A DNA stretch of 64,000 nucleotides from Entomortierella parvispora E1425 (Eukaryota; Fungi; Mortierellomycota): NCBI GenBank assembly GCA_020891255.1, contig BQFW01000010.1, forward strand, positions 620,001 to 684,000, written 5' to 3'. The notes below the pieces were generated by a model. That model was not told the origin of the DNA and did not search any database. It saw only the letters and a program-made list of their open reading frames with translations. The translations under genes were made by a program, and so were the position numbers. Below, piece after piece: positions 44,872 through 58,400 of the stretch (position 1 is the stretch's first letter; each line of letters begins with the position of its first letter).

Positions 44872-47696
44872 ATGGCTGCCTCCACTGTATCCGTCGACAA
44901 GAACGACAACCACTCGGGGGAGAGCCATCATGCCGAGTCTACCGGCCATGAGACGGCTGCCGCCTCTACCCACGCTACCCACGCCCCAGCCGTAGGATCG
45001 TCCTCGCCTCAGGTTAATGTTTGGGAGGCACGCAAGGAGGCTATGAAGCCTTCGGCGTTCAATGCCGAAGCTGATGCCGAAAAGCGAGTTGAAGGCTTGA
45101 TTGAAAACACCAAGGAAGTCACCTTGGGTAAGTTGCAGTCTGCTCTTTTTCCACTGCATGTCAATTGATATCGTGGCAGATCGATCAGTGGAACATGGAT
45201 TTATTTTTCATCGATCTCCTTGATGGCAATCCTTGTCCAAGTCTTCATCACAGTGCAAGAGTGCGTACATGCTTTGTAGCGAGGGACCAAAGACATGAAG
45301 AGTCATCGGGTTGCCCAAATGAAACATTTTTTTTTGGTGGCGGACGGAATTTTTTTATTTTTTCTCTCTTGACCGTGGGATGCAAGTCACGCACGTGCAC
45401 AGCACCCCTCTGCACAGTGGCCAGTACTACAAGACTAATACCCTTTTATTGATGCAAACAGACGCCAAAGACGAAGGAAAGAAGGGAAAGAAGGGAAAGA
45501 AGTCGCAGCAGGCCATTCCCTCTCTGACTGACACCACGGTCTGGCCCGATCCAAGTGCCTCAACCGGAAAAGAGGTCAAGGGCCGACGGGCATCAGTGCC
45601 TTCAATTTTCGACGACAAGCCCGCTCAAGGCCAGCGTAATGGCCACGCCAACGGCGGAAGCCGCTCTGGACAAGCTGGCCGCGGTGGACGTAAGTGAATA
45701 TGCTATTCATGGAAACCGAAACGAGAACCCATACGCAACTTTCTCACATCCTTTACCTGTGTCGCATGGTCGCTAGGTGGCAAGTCTCGTTCTGGTCAGC
45801 GCGGCTCCATTGGCAGTGCAGCGCACCTGTACCAGCAAGGTGTGCCTCACAATGCCTCAGAGGCATTGCGTGTCTTCATCCTTCAACAGATGTAAGGACA
45901 GCGTCTGACATTCCTCCTACCGTGATACCTCTGTGCCCCATACTTACACGACTCTCCAACCTGCTGTATCTAGGGAGTATTACTTCTCCATTGAGAACTT
46001 GTGCAAAGATGTTTACATGCGCAACCAGATGGACTCAGAGGGTTGGGTCCCTTTGTCTCTGGTCGCCAACTTCAACCGTGTCAAGAACTTGACCACAGAT
46101 CACGCCTTAATTAAGGAGACTCTCAAGTCAAGCAAGGTCATTGAACTCCAAGGTGACCGCATTCGTAAGAGAGGAGATTGGGCCAGCTGGATCTTTCCCA
46201 AAGAAGACGGTGCCGTTCCTCCGCATACCCAGCGCAGCTCTTTCGTTCCTCCACCCAGGAGCCCGCACCCAGTGATTATTTCCTCATCGCTTCCTGTCAA
46301 GTCCGCCATTCCATCGGAGGACGAGTGGCATGTCAAAGCCAAGAAGCGCGGATCAGTTGCACACCCCGCTCCTCATGCGGCTGCACTCACACCCAAGCCT
46401 GCCTCCAGCGCTGGTGACGACGACGATGAGGTCTTCCAATTTGACGACGACTCCTTGATTGGAGGTACACGTTCTGGTACCGTTCAAAAGTACTATGTGA
46501 GCGACGAAGAAGACGAGGATGAGGACGAGTTTGACGATGACACGGTGGCAAAGATCTTGATCGTTACACAAAAGAAGCGAGACAGAACGCACGGATCATA
46601 TGAGCGCAAGGCCATGAACGACGATATCAACGAAATGATCAACGAGGGTCTCTATCATTACGAACACGACCTTCATCGCAAGCGTGGTGGAAACGACCGT
46701 CGTAGCAGCATCATGCAATCAAACAAAAAAGTCGAGACTGTTTCAGAGGAACAATTCGCGAATATCACAGGTTCTTTGCCCCGTGGTAGCGTGAGCTCCA
46801 GCTTCAAAAACAGCAGCAGTCAACAAACCAACGGTGAGGCTGGCAAGGACAAGGGTGGACGAAACAAGAGAAACAAGGATGCCCCTCGATTCTATCCTTT
46901 GAAGGGTGCCCAGCCTGGCAAGGGCGGACGTGGAGCCGATACCCGTCAACACTACGCCCAAGCTGCTGTCGGATGGGTTTTGGGCGATCAACCGTTCCTT
47001 CAATCGGATCTGCCTCCTCAATCGATTGGCAACTCGCCTGCCGGCATGTCCATGGGATCCCACATTGAGCAATCCTTGCTCTCGACCTCGCTTGAGGTGG
47101 CCCACTCGTTCCCAGCATTCCAACACCCCTCGCACGAGCTTTTGCACGAGAATGGTTTCATTCAGCACAAGTACTACAAGTATCACTACAAGGCTCTGAA
47201 GGAGCGAAAGAGACAAGGTATCGGCCACTCTCAAGAAATGAACACTCTCTTCCGGTTCTGGTCTCATTTCTTGCGTGATAATTTCAACAAGAAGATGTAC
47301 GCAGAGTTCAAGAGGTTAGCTGTGGAAGACGCCAACGCAAACTACCGGTATGGACTGGAATGTCTTTTCCGATTCTACTCTTATGGTCTCGAGAAGAAGT
47401 TCCGATCGGATTTGTTCTTGGACTTTGAAGCCTTGACATATGCTGACTTTGAGCACGGCTATCTGTATGGATTGGAGAAGTTCTGGGCTTACCTGTTTTA
47501 TCGCAAGGACAAGGCCAGAAGAAAGCTGGATGTGATGGCAGAGCTAAAGCCCTTGCTGGAGAGGTACAAGACCATTGACGACTTCAAGCTCGCAAACACC
47601 AATGGCAGCAACCACAACCCTGCAGTTACTGCTGCTGCTGCTGGCGCCACTAACGGCGCCGCAAGCCCTTATCTCGTCCCCAACCACGGATCCTAG
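44872..47696 (+). CDS. LARP1: La-related protein 1 (La motif + DM15 repeats), multi-exon
   Basis: [37 protein letters not shown] (La motif) and [59 protein letters not shown] (DM15). Confidence 0.93.
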
Positions 47697-48886
47697 ACGA
47701 GTCATAGGAGAAATTGCAGTCCGTCCATCTTTTTGTTTATTCTTGAACTCTTTTTTTTCTTTGTTTGCTTTGTAAATATTTTGTCCTTTCCTTTTTTTTC
47801 TGTACGTTTGTGCATACTCTCATACTCTTTTGTGTCATCACCACCTTCAACCGCTCACCAAAAAAAATATCCCATCTTTACTGAGTAATAAACCAAACCA
47901 AACCAACAGAAATGAAAGCACCTTAGGTACTCGCTTCCTCGTCTCTGCTCTTCATAATCGTTCTCTTCTGTATTCGTCAAATTGGGCTTGCTGTTTTACA
48001 ATTTTTGTGTTCCAAATGCATTGGCACGGGCAGCTTATTCAATTGCCAGGGGACGATCTGCACCGATGACAGTGCATGAGATGCACCCAAGACATCTTCG
48101 CTTCCATCACTAGTGACGCGTCAAGCGATGCGACAACGTCGTTATTATGAGCACCTTTTCTAGTGGCGTCCTCTCACTCTCCCCTTCTCTCTCTCTCTCT
48201 CGCGTTCACACAACAGAAGCACCCTCTATCGTTATCTCTTTGTACTATGAGTGTTATAGTATATATCAAAAAAGGTCCTGAACAGACGCAGTATCGCGAG
48301 TGGCAGACGCCACGTTGTTAGAGCAAAGGCGCTGGGCCGTTCCCAATCCTCTAAAATTGGCCCTTTTATTTAGCCGCGGGATTGAGTGCAGCAGTAACGA
48401 GCCGATCGCACCTTCTTCGTTGCACTATCATACCCTTTTTCACACAGTACGCTTTTTTAGTGTCTTCGACTCGAAGCCTTTCAATAATAACGCTCCTCCC
48501 AAGAGGAAACCGCCTGCCCGCCTAGATTTAACTCTTTTCTCCCTGGTCTCTTCACCTCCTTCAATCACTCTCCTTCACTTCTTCTACCCTAGTCTATTCT
48601 CGTTTTCACGAGAAACCTGCCTGTTTCTGTGGATCAATTTGTGCCTTGCACACTGACTTTGAGCAGTTAATGGGCAGTAAGGTATTTCTACTCCGAGCAC
48701 GTTTTATTTTGTGGATATAGGGAAAGGGCCGGTCCTGACAGTGTGAGGATCGTGCCACAACGGAGGGTGCCTCGACAGGATGAAACGAGATGACTGTTCC
48801 TTTTTCTACAGCTGCTTCTTTCTTTCTTTCTTTCTTTCCCATCCCACTCTTGCCGCTATAACACTTACAAAAATCTGCTCGAGACC

Positions 48887-50759
48887 ATGTTTTCCCATCG
48901 TACCCATGATCAGTCTCAGGAACAGTCAACAAATCCACGGCATCTACAGCAGCAGCCATCGGATACAGGAGGACAGGCAGCAACAGATCCATGTAGTTTA
49001 GATAATCTCAGCGACGGTACCATTGACGAACACCAACTTTGTCGGGCCCGAATATCATCAAGGTCGCCCTTCAGTGGTTTGCAGTCTAGAGATATGAAGA
49101 ACACCGACGATGGAGATGACGAAGACCACCATTCTCAAGTACTCGATACCCATACAGAATCAGCGATCATTGATCAAGAGGAGACTAACTACCCGGAGGG
49201 AGGCTATGGCTGGCTTGTGCTTGTATCCACCTTTGTCAGCGCTTTTTGGTAGGTTCCCCCCCCTTTTTTTCTTTTTTTTTTTTTTATAGAAAAGCGACCT
49301 CCTGCTGATGACGGTTGACTTTATCCGTGTTAGGTGTTTGGGTGTTCCTTTCTGTTGGGGCGTCTTCCAAGAGTATTTTCTACGGATGGAAACATTTCCG
49401 GGGGCAGATGCAAGACGATTGTCGTGGGTTGGGAGCCTCAGCTGTGCCTGCGTCTTTGTAGCAGCTCCTGCGATCGTTGTAATGACTGGGAGGATAGGGA
49501 CACGGGCTGCCCTGACCGTTGGACTGTTTTCTGTCATGCTGGGGTTTGTCGCAGGAAGTTTTGCTACAGAGTACTGGCACTTGTATTTGACTATTGTAAG
49601 AGCGTCGACTCGCTTCTTTTTATCGTTTCAAAAAAGACTATGGATGACTGATTCTTTGTTCTCTTTATCCGTCTTACAGGGCGTGTTGTATGGTGTAGGT
49701 AGCGGTACTCTTTATTTCAGTGCAATTACCGTCCTAGCTCAATACTTTCACAAACGACGTGGTGTCGTGGTTGGTATTGCAATTTCGGGATCCGGCATTG
49801 GCGCGACAGTTATGGCCCCTCTTTTACGCTGGATGCTGGTTCAGATCGGGTTTCGATGGTCAATGCGGATCATGGGGGGAACCATGTTTGTCTGTCTGGG
49901 CATTGCATCGTGCTTCGTCCGTCCTTACCACCGTCCGACAGTCTTGCACTTTCCAAACCCTACTCTTGTGCCGTCACCGTCGTACCAGTCGTTTGTCATC
50001 GATTTAGCGTCCGCCGCACCAGAGTTATCCCTAAATGCCGATGCGACAACAACACTCCAGGACCCATCACCGCCGGCTCTTGACTTCCGACTCTTCAAAA
50101 GTATGTCATTCAGTCTTGTCTTTCTGGCCACCAACTTGTTTGCCCTCGTTTATCTCGTGCCGCTGCTTTTGGCGCCTTCTTTTGCTACTTCAATTGGCCT
50201 CTCTGCCGCCGAAGGGGCGACAATGATCAGCATTGCATCCGCTGTGGGGATTGCAGCCAGAATCATTATAGGTCATTTGGCCGATCGCTATGGTGTTCTA
50301 AATGCGACTTTTGTCTGCTGCACCATCACTGGTTTGGCGTGTTTAACTCTGTGGTTGAATGCAGCCTCTTTCGTCACAATGGCCGCATTCATGGTGCTTT
50401 ATGGATGCTTTGCTGGATCATCAATCATGTTATTCCCAGTTGCAGCAACCAAGGCCGTCAACGATCCACCCCCCACCGCCTCCAATAGCAGTAGCACCGG
50501 TGGCCAAAGCCGCAATGTTGCACACTCATCTTACAGAGCAGGAGGGGACAACGACGTCTCTTCTGCACTCGGGTTCATCTTCTTCGCTCATACAATCGGT
50601 TACCTCTTTGGAACGCCTCTGGCCCAGTTTCTGATCGAGAACCAGGGTGGGCGGTACGCTGGCGCCATCGTCTTTGTAGGGGTATCAAACTTTGTATGCG
50701 CGTTCATCGTGTTCCTGGCAAGGGTCAAAGGAAGCAAAAAAATTTCGGCTAGAATTTGA
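48887..50759 (+). CDS. MFS transporter, monocarboxylate porter (MCT/Mch-like) family
   Basis: PEGGYGWLV, WGVFQEY, QYFHKRRGVVVGIAISGSGIG, IGFRWSMR, GHLADRYG; about 12 hydrophobic segments; introns at about 49249-49334 and 49596-49679. Confidence 0.92.
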
Positions 50760-50774
50760 CAAAAAATATACATT

Positions 50775-50848
50775 CGCTCCCGGGTGGGCTTGAACCACCA
50801 ACCTCCTGATTAACAGTCAGACGCGCTAACCAATTGCGCCACGGAAGC
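50775..50848 (-). tRNA. tRNA-Asn (anticodon GTT), intronless
   Basis: GCTTCCG-TGGCGCAATTGGTTAGCGCG-TCTGA CT GTT AA TCAGG-AGGTT-GGTGG TTCAAGC CCACC-CGGGAGC-G folds as a cloverleaf, followed by a T6 Pol III terminator at about 50761-50766. Confidence 0.96.
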
Positions 50849-51066
50849 TTTCATTCGATAAAAATTAATCGAAATTTTCATTTTTGATCACCTGACTGTT
50901 TGTAGCACGTGACATCCCGCGATCCATGAGCCCCTTAATCACCCTGTCGTTGCCTCACATGCGCCAGTAGCACACTGCATGCATCATGTCCACCTGAACT
51001 CTCCACCCCAAGCATTATCCACATCCACGCACATCTGGGACTACACAGGAGACCAGAGTGTATACG

Positions 51067-54000
51067 ATGGGCTCGAATATTCGTGACATCAAGGACATTG
51101 AGCGTATGTTCCAACATGTTGCGCGCTTAAACTGAAGTTCACCTCCTACGCGTGTGATGCCCCTGAACTGTGGTCCATGTGTTGATGGTAGCCGAGTTGA
51201 CAAACAACGTGGAGATGACTCTTATTAATGGATGTACTATACCTTCTGCATTAGTCCTTCGCTACTACCATCTCGACAAGTTAAGACCCGATGCCTGGGT
51301 CGATGAAGAAGACTTACCTTCTTGGGTCCATGATGATGACTTGTCGACCGATGACCATGGAGGACGGAGTACGCCTAGAGAGCGCAGGAATAACAGCGCC
51401 AGCCAAAGCAATGCAGATGACGATATGTTTATAATGTCCGAGCAGACGGATATGCTTGGCCTCGTCAATGGGAATATCCTGAAGGGGAAAAATGTTCGCG
51501 GAGATGGTATGTTGCTTACATGCACACTCTTTGAAGGAGAGCCAAGAGAAAATCGAACTTGAAGACTGACTTACATGCTCACCCACCTTTCTCCATCCAT
51601 TTTTAGCCCACCTCATATCCTCGACTCAAAAAAGCTTCAACCCCCAGCGGTATCTCTATGCGGTGCATGCAGACACCTCCTACGACGAGCTAATTGTAGG
51701 TGTAGACAGACTCAAGGCCTCTATGGACCAGCGTTCTTCAGCCCTCAAGGTCTTGGTCCAAAACAACTTTGACCGTTTCGTCAGCGCCAAAAACGTCATT
51801 GACTGTGAGTTTTGTCATTCTGTGTCGAGGATGCTTTCTCTGCTCTGGATCAAGCAGCTTACCAACAAGCCATTTTGTCTTCTCCCTAGCCGTTTACGAT
51901 GACATGAAAGAGAAGACTTTGAACGAAGCACAGGACTTTGGAACGCATCGTCTAAATACCATCCTGCGAGGTATGGTATTCTCTGGTGTACTGGCAAGCG
52001 AGCTCATGTCAAATTTATGAAAACTTTGTTGTTAACAAATAATGGTCAAATGGTCGTACTCTCTTCAGAATCGTATGGAAAGGCTCATGAAGTTATCAAC
52101 CCTGTTCTCGAGCGTCGAGAGAAGATCGAAAAGCTCCGTTCTACTGTGGGACTCTTGGAGCCTTATCGACTGTTCTTCAACCTGCCCAACACCCTTCAAG
52201 AGAGTATCAAACAAGGAAAATACCAACAGGCGGCGCGCGACTATAACAAAGGAAAGGTCCTGTTAGCTCAGGCATTCCCTGCTCGTTCTTCCACCGCCTC
52301 AGGATCAACAGGAGATAATGCTTCTACTCACTCCCAATCGACGCTGTTGGAGACCAAACGCAAGGTCTTTGACAGAGTTTGGTCTGAGGTCGAGAGAATT
52401 GTTGCCAAGCTCAGAGCAGATCTCGAGTCGCAATTAGAGGAGCCTTGGCGTGGAATGGAGGAGCACGAGCGCAATATCAAGTAAGGACCTGGGCGATTCG
52501 CACCCACCTTGCCCACACATGCAGAGATACTGATCATCTCTCCTCTAACAATTATAGGCTACTGTTTGAGCTGGACACGGCTTCAGACCCTGTCTGGCAT
52601 TGTTTGTCCAGTCAGTACAGATGGATCAAAAAGATTATGACAGAGTCGTACGATGAGCAGGTCATCTTGGTGGAAGAGCTTCGTAAGAGCGACGATGTTG
52701 TTCAAAGTCAAAACATGACTGCGACTGGCCGGACAGTTCTTTTCCGGCAGATTCTCGCTGCGATCAAATCAAGCGAGTTTGAAACCACGTTTTCTAAGGA
52801 ACCCGAAGTCCGGGTGTGGATGGCGATCTTGTCCGGTGTAAAAACCTTGTCAGAGCTCCTGCTGCGATTGCTCCCTGATTTCTGGAAGCTTGCCACAGCC
52901 TTTATGGAAGGCAAGATCCAAAAGGTAACGGAAAAGGAGGATTTGTGTGCATTCTTGTTCTATTTATTTTTTGCAATCTTAATTCTGATAAATCTTTTCT
53001 TATCATTAGGTTCAGAAAAGAAGAACTGGGGCGCAGGTTGATCCTCAGCGAGCATCACAGTGCAATGACATGGTCAAGGATATCGTTCAATTGTATGCCA
53101 GTCAGATGAAGTATATACTCATCAAGACCCTGATTGCTCCAGGGCAGAACGTTCAGGAAGACCAGGATTCCGAAGCGGCCCAGGAAACTGGTCATCCAAG
53201 GACTGAGAATGCTGTAGTATCGGGATTCTTTTTAGGCAGAATTATCACAGAGGTCAGCAACTGTGTCAACGACGTCAGTGGACTGAGTCTGCGAGGAGGG
53301 GCGTTTATGATCTTGGTCGATATGATGCAACAAATTCGATGGAAGTTTGTTGAAACCATTTGCGAAAGTTGGGGCGAAGGTAAGGATCCCAAAATTAATA
53401 TAATTGCCGAATCCTTGTGCAAGATCAATTATTGATCGTCTCATTGCCATTCCTGTTGAAATAGATGCCAAGGTGTTCTACCGACACGAGGACTGGACTT
53501 TGCAGACTGAGAACTCGCAGATTACCTTGTTTGTGGGCCTGTTCTACCAATTCCATGAGCACTGCCTTAGATCTGCTTATAAGTATGCAAGCATCTGGAC
53601 TGCGACAGCTGAAGATTCTGTACCAAGCGATGAAGCCTCCGCAGTCGTTCCCGGAGAGTACACGGAAAAGATTCGAAAAACATTCTTGGATGCGCTGTAT
53701 TCTTTCCTCGATGGACTTGTTCATTTGGCGTTTGCGGATGCAGAGAGGGCGAACCAGGATGCCGATCAGCATCTGAGAGCAGGTGCAGGGTCACTGGAAA
53801 GTCTTCACGGGGGCAAAAAGTCCAAGGTGATCGACATTACAGAGCTGGACTCGAGGATTTTGATCACGATTAGCAATCTTAGTGAGCTTCGATCTGTAAC
53901 TATCCCCAAGCTGCTTGGGGATATGGAGAAGACTTGTGGTATCAGTATGGCCGACGATGGAAAGGTAATATTGTGTTTTTACATTTGAGATTGCGAGGCA

Positions 54001-54667
54001 GGCCTTATTAATACCTGCTAACAAGAGACATTGTCTGACCTTTTTTAGACGCTCGTGGAGGTTGTCGATCAACTGGACAATATTTTGTTTGAGGATTACA
54101 TCAAACGGAAGACAGTCGTCGCTAACCGAGTGATCACGGACGGCATTCTCTATGGAGGAATCGATTGGTATTCAATTGCCAAACCTACTGGTAAGGGCGC
54201 ATGTCATTGTCACTCGCTATTCCATACCACTGTCCCTAGACTAATAGTCAATCAATTCTCTTTTTGTAGGTGTCCATTCTTTCATGTATGAGGCACTGCT
54301 ATCCTTGGTGGTCGTTCATGCACAAATTTCCGAGATTGCACCTCCCTTGGTTTTCAGAGCCCTATCTGCATTGCTGATCAACATGGCTCAGGATTGTCTT
54401 CGGTGTTTTCAACAAGTGGAACGATTTGGCATGGGAGGCATGCTGCAGGCGACCCTTGAAATGGAGTTTATGAACCATACCCTGTCCCAGTACAAGAGTC
54501 CGTCCTCAGATGAAATCTTACAGATGATCTACGCTGCAGTGGACCGCGCATATCAGCCTGAGGGAGGGGAGAACTTGCAGAATGAAATGGCGGGATTGAA
54601 AAAGCTTCTCATGGATGCTAGACATGCGACACAAGTGCAGTTCTTGTGTTTCAAAAAGCCGAAATAA
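51067..54667 (+). CDS. SEC5: Exocyst complex component Sec5/EXOC2, many exons
   Basis: MGSNIRDIKDIE|LLRYYHL..W, LKVLVQNNFDRFVSAK, IEKLRSTVGLLEPYRLFFNLPNTLQESIKQGKY, and C-terminal MYEALLSLVVVHAQ..ERFGMGGMLQATLEMEF..TQVQFLCFK. Confidence 0.93.
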
Positions 54668-55459
54668 CAGTCAAGCCGTGAAATAATAAATTGCTTGGGT
54701 GCTACCCTAGAGAACGAACTGTAAAGCCTACATGATCGCGCTCCTGGGAACAGGTTGTTTTTGTTTATGGAGATACGGAACTTTTTTCAAGTCTTGACTA
54801 CGACAGTTGCAACCATGTTGCGATTGCCGTATCTGCTGGAGAGATTCAAGCATCGCGTGGAGCATTTTTTCATGGGCCGATATGCGCTCCTCGAGTTGAC
54901 GGTGGTAGTCAGCCGCTTTTCTCGCATCCTACACATCCGTCGTCCAGCTTTATGGTGTTGTTGCCTTCACTGCAGACGAAATGGCTGGCTTCATCGCTGA
55001 CCCTTCTGCGGTTGACTAATCTGTCAAGAACCGTTTCCACGGTGCCGTGATCTGCTGGCTTGATGTGGTGGGTTTCCAGTTGGCTCAAAGATGACCCATA
55101 ACCACGCACCTGCTCATGGGGTTATTGCTGATAGAGTTGCCGATACCATGATTGATATCCGCCGCCGTCCGTTTGGCAACTCCCATCGCGCTATAATCTG
55201 GTGGCAGTGCACATCTGCCTTCCAAAGGGATTAACGTCGGTTGGTGCCCGTGAGACTGTTCATGGCTAATGTCCAACAAGGGACAATGCCGGAGAACGTC
55301 AAGGTCAAGGGTTCCTTATAAAAAATGAATACCCAGTCGGAGTATCTTTTTACCACCAATAGAAAGCGCGATTGTCAATCCCTCTCTTCCCATGTGCGAC
55401 TTTTGGAGCTGCAGAGGTAGCGCCCCTGGAGTTTTGAGGATGTACATAGACGAGGTTGT

Positions 55460-58400
55460 TTATTCCTTAGGGTGTCTTATTATCTCAGTGTTCGCTGTGG
55501 TATCAAATTTCAGCCATGCTCCAACGTCTGTCAAGAAGTAGCCCATACCACGGGCATGGAAGATGGCATCTTGAACAGCCTTCTTGCCTTCTTCCACCTT
55601 TTCTCCTATTGTTGCTGCTTTTGACAACAGAATGACATCTAGGATGGCGTCTATGAGCTTCTTTTTGTTTGAATAGCGTGCCTGGAGGGTGTTGGGCCAG
55701 CGTCTCCTCCATCGCTTTCCATAGGTCTTGTTGAGAGTCCAATAGGATGGCATGTCCTCTGATGACTTGAACCACTGGTCCCACACTTTTTGCACATCGT
55801 TTCCATTGTCCATGAGATCGGGGTCGATCTGGCTTGTCACGGCTTCAATCTAATGGTATCCCATTGTTAAAATGATCTCTTCCTGTAGTTGACCGCGCTT
55901 TCCCACCTGTTGTTCCTTCTCGAGTTGTTTGAGCTGGTATTCTTCTATTGTCATCTTTCCTCCATTTTTTGGTTTTGGTGCTGGTTGATCAGCGACGGCC
56001 ACGGCGACGGCTGGCGTTTGTTCGGTAATCGTGGAGACGAAAGAGACTTCCTGGATCACAGTTGCAGGACTATGCTCCTTGGAGCGGGGTAGTTGATGCT
56101 CTTGGTTTTCGGGTGGAACGAATTCCTGTGATGGTTCCATAACAGGAGGGTTGACCTCAGGAATGGTAATTGGTCGCTTCTGACTGCCTTCAGACCCATG
56201 ACCTGTTTGTGTCGGTTCTATGGTTTCATTCAGGTGGCATCCTGCCAAGTCACGGTGGAGATCTGCAATCGAGTGCGATTGTGATGGATGCGGCTGCGGC
56301 CGATCCGCTTGGTGTCGTTGTAAATCCTCTATTGCCCAAGTTCGAACACTGCTAACCGCAGCAGCTAGGCCTTGCAGGACGACTTTTCGAAGAGTCGAGC
56401 CAGACCGACCTTCATGAGTGCGAATACCCTCTGATATTTGACCAAGAAGACGGTTGGATTCTTCAATTTGAGACTGGATGTCCGTGATGAGGTCTTCATC
56501 CCTCTCCCTAATGAGGCATTCATCCTCACTAAGTGCAGGGAGTGGTATCGCACTACTGGCTACAGTGAGTTGATTGGGCAGAGTTTGTGCCTCCTGACCG
56601 CTTTCCGCCAAGGTTGCAATCTTGTTTGCAATCAAATTTTCGAGACTTTGGTGAAACTTCTTGAACTGCACGGACTGGAACACCTTGGGCCTCCGATATA
56701 GGTAATGCTCATCATAGTAACAGGCAGGATCATCGCGGAGGGACACCAACACTGCCATGTCCTGGATAATGACTTTTCGTAAATGCGCAAGGATCAGAAA
56801 GAAGCGCATGGCTTGTATCATTGAATCCGGGTAGTTATGTCTGGATCCTTGTGGTCGATTGTAGTCATTGTCGCGGTCGAGCATGATGTTGTCAACCCAC
56901 TTGGACCAGTCCTCGACACCTGGAAAAAGATCCTCGATAAATGGAAAGATCATTCTTTGCAGCTCTACGCCAGGCGTCAATTGGTTTCGAGCCAGCCAAA
57001 GGTTTTCGTTGGCTCCAGGAAAGCCTGCCATTGTGTAAGGAACATCAGGAGGGATGTTGCCCATATAATGAGTAACGGCACGCTCTCTGTTCAATTCGTC
57101 CCCCTGAAAAATTTCTGCAGTGGCGCCTCCAACAAGTCGTATATGTTGGGCCCCAGATTTCCTTTCAGCAAAAGATACCTTTTTGCGATTTGCCTCGACC
57201 TTGTCTAAACCTTCAGACATTACCCTTGAATAAAAGAAGAATAGAAATGGACAGGTTGAGAATCCAATACCTTCATATCGCCCCTAGACCTGCAGATAAC
57301 GAAAAAGAGGGGAGAAAAAAGAAAAAAACATGTATGATCATTGCCATACCTCCAGAGTCCAGATTCAGTAAGTGATTCCGAGTCTCTCCGTCCATGGAGC
57401 AAAGGGAAGGTTTTCCAGTCATCTCCTTGGAAAGCAGTCGCCGTTGCTGTTTCATTCCCGTCTTTGTCCTATAAAGAAAGCAAGCTGGATCAGTCACAAG
57501 CATACGCGAAGGCACATAGCAGTTCCGCATCATCGAGGGCAACAGACAAAGAAAAAACAAAGAATTACAAGAGGGAAGTATTACCATCCACCGACTAAAT
57601 AAATAAAATGCAAGTGCTCCGACGGGGCACACTTCAACGTCCTTGTTTCTCACAATTGACGAATAGATGGTAAGGCCTTGATTCGTTTTTCCTGTCACCA
57701 AAACAATACCTAAAGCAAACTGCCGCGATCCTTCCCTTGTTGCAAAGGTATGCATGCGGATAGATGGTGCTGAGCTCTGCTTTGGCTATAGCCGATCCAC
57801 GAATCCTCATGTAATGATCCAATGCAAAGGCAAGCCGACCTCGTCCTCCTACTCTTCCATTTGTCCTTTTGTTGCCGTTTTGATGACGATAGTCGCGCGT
57901 ATACTCCAGCTTCATGATTTTCTTGAGATTATTGACGTCGAAGGCATTGTCGGTAGATGGTTGCGGTACGTTACCATCCTTTATCTCGCCAAAGTTCCTT
58001 AAAAAAATAGAACAATCCATGGTTAGGTAGAGCTACGATGCTCAAGAGCCTATTGGCGGCTCAAATGTCTTCTAGTAATATGGAAGAGGTATGCAAAATA
58101 CCTTCTCTTGTAGTCAGCAACGATGGCTCTTGTCAGTTTGTTCATGAGTGGGGGGTAGTTCAAAGATGTCCCTTGCTGGGTTGTGTACAAATCACTAACT
58201 GCCTTGATGTAAAACGCCATAGTTTCCGGAGATGCGGGCTGTCCATCTGGATTTTCTTTCGTGCGAAATACTCGTGCAGGCAGAACACTTTCATAAGGAT
58301 CGGAGGGGTGGTGAAAAACGTCTTTTGCTGTGAGTTCCTTGAGATAAATAAGAAACCTTCCAGTGTCAATAAGGTGGTCCTTGTAGTGTTTCCGATCACA

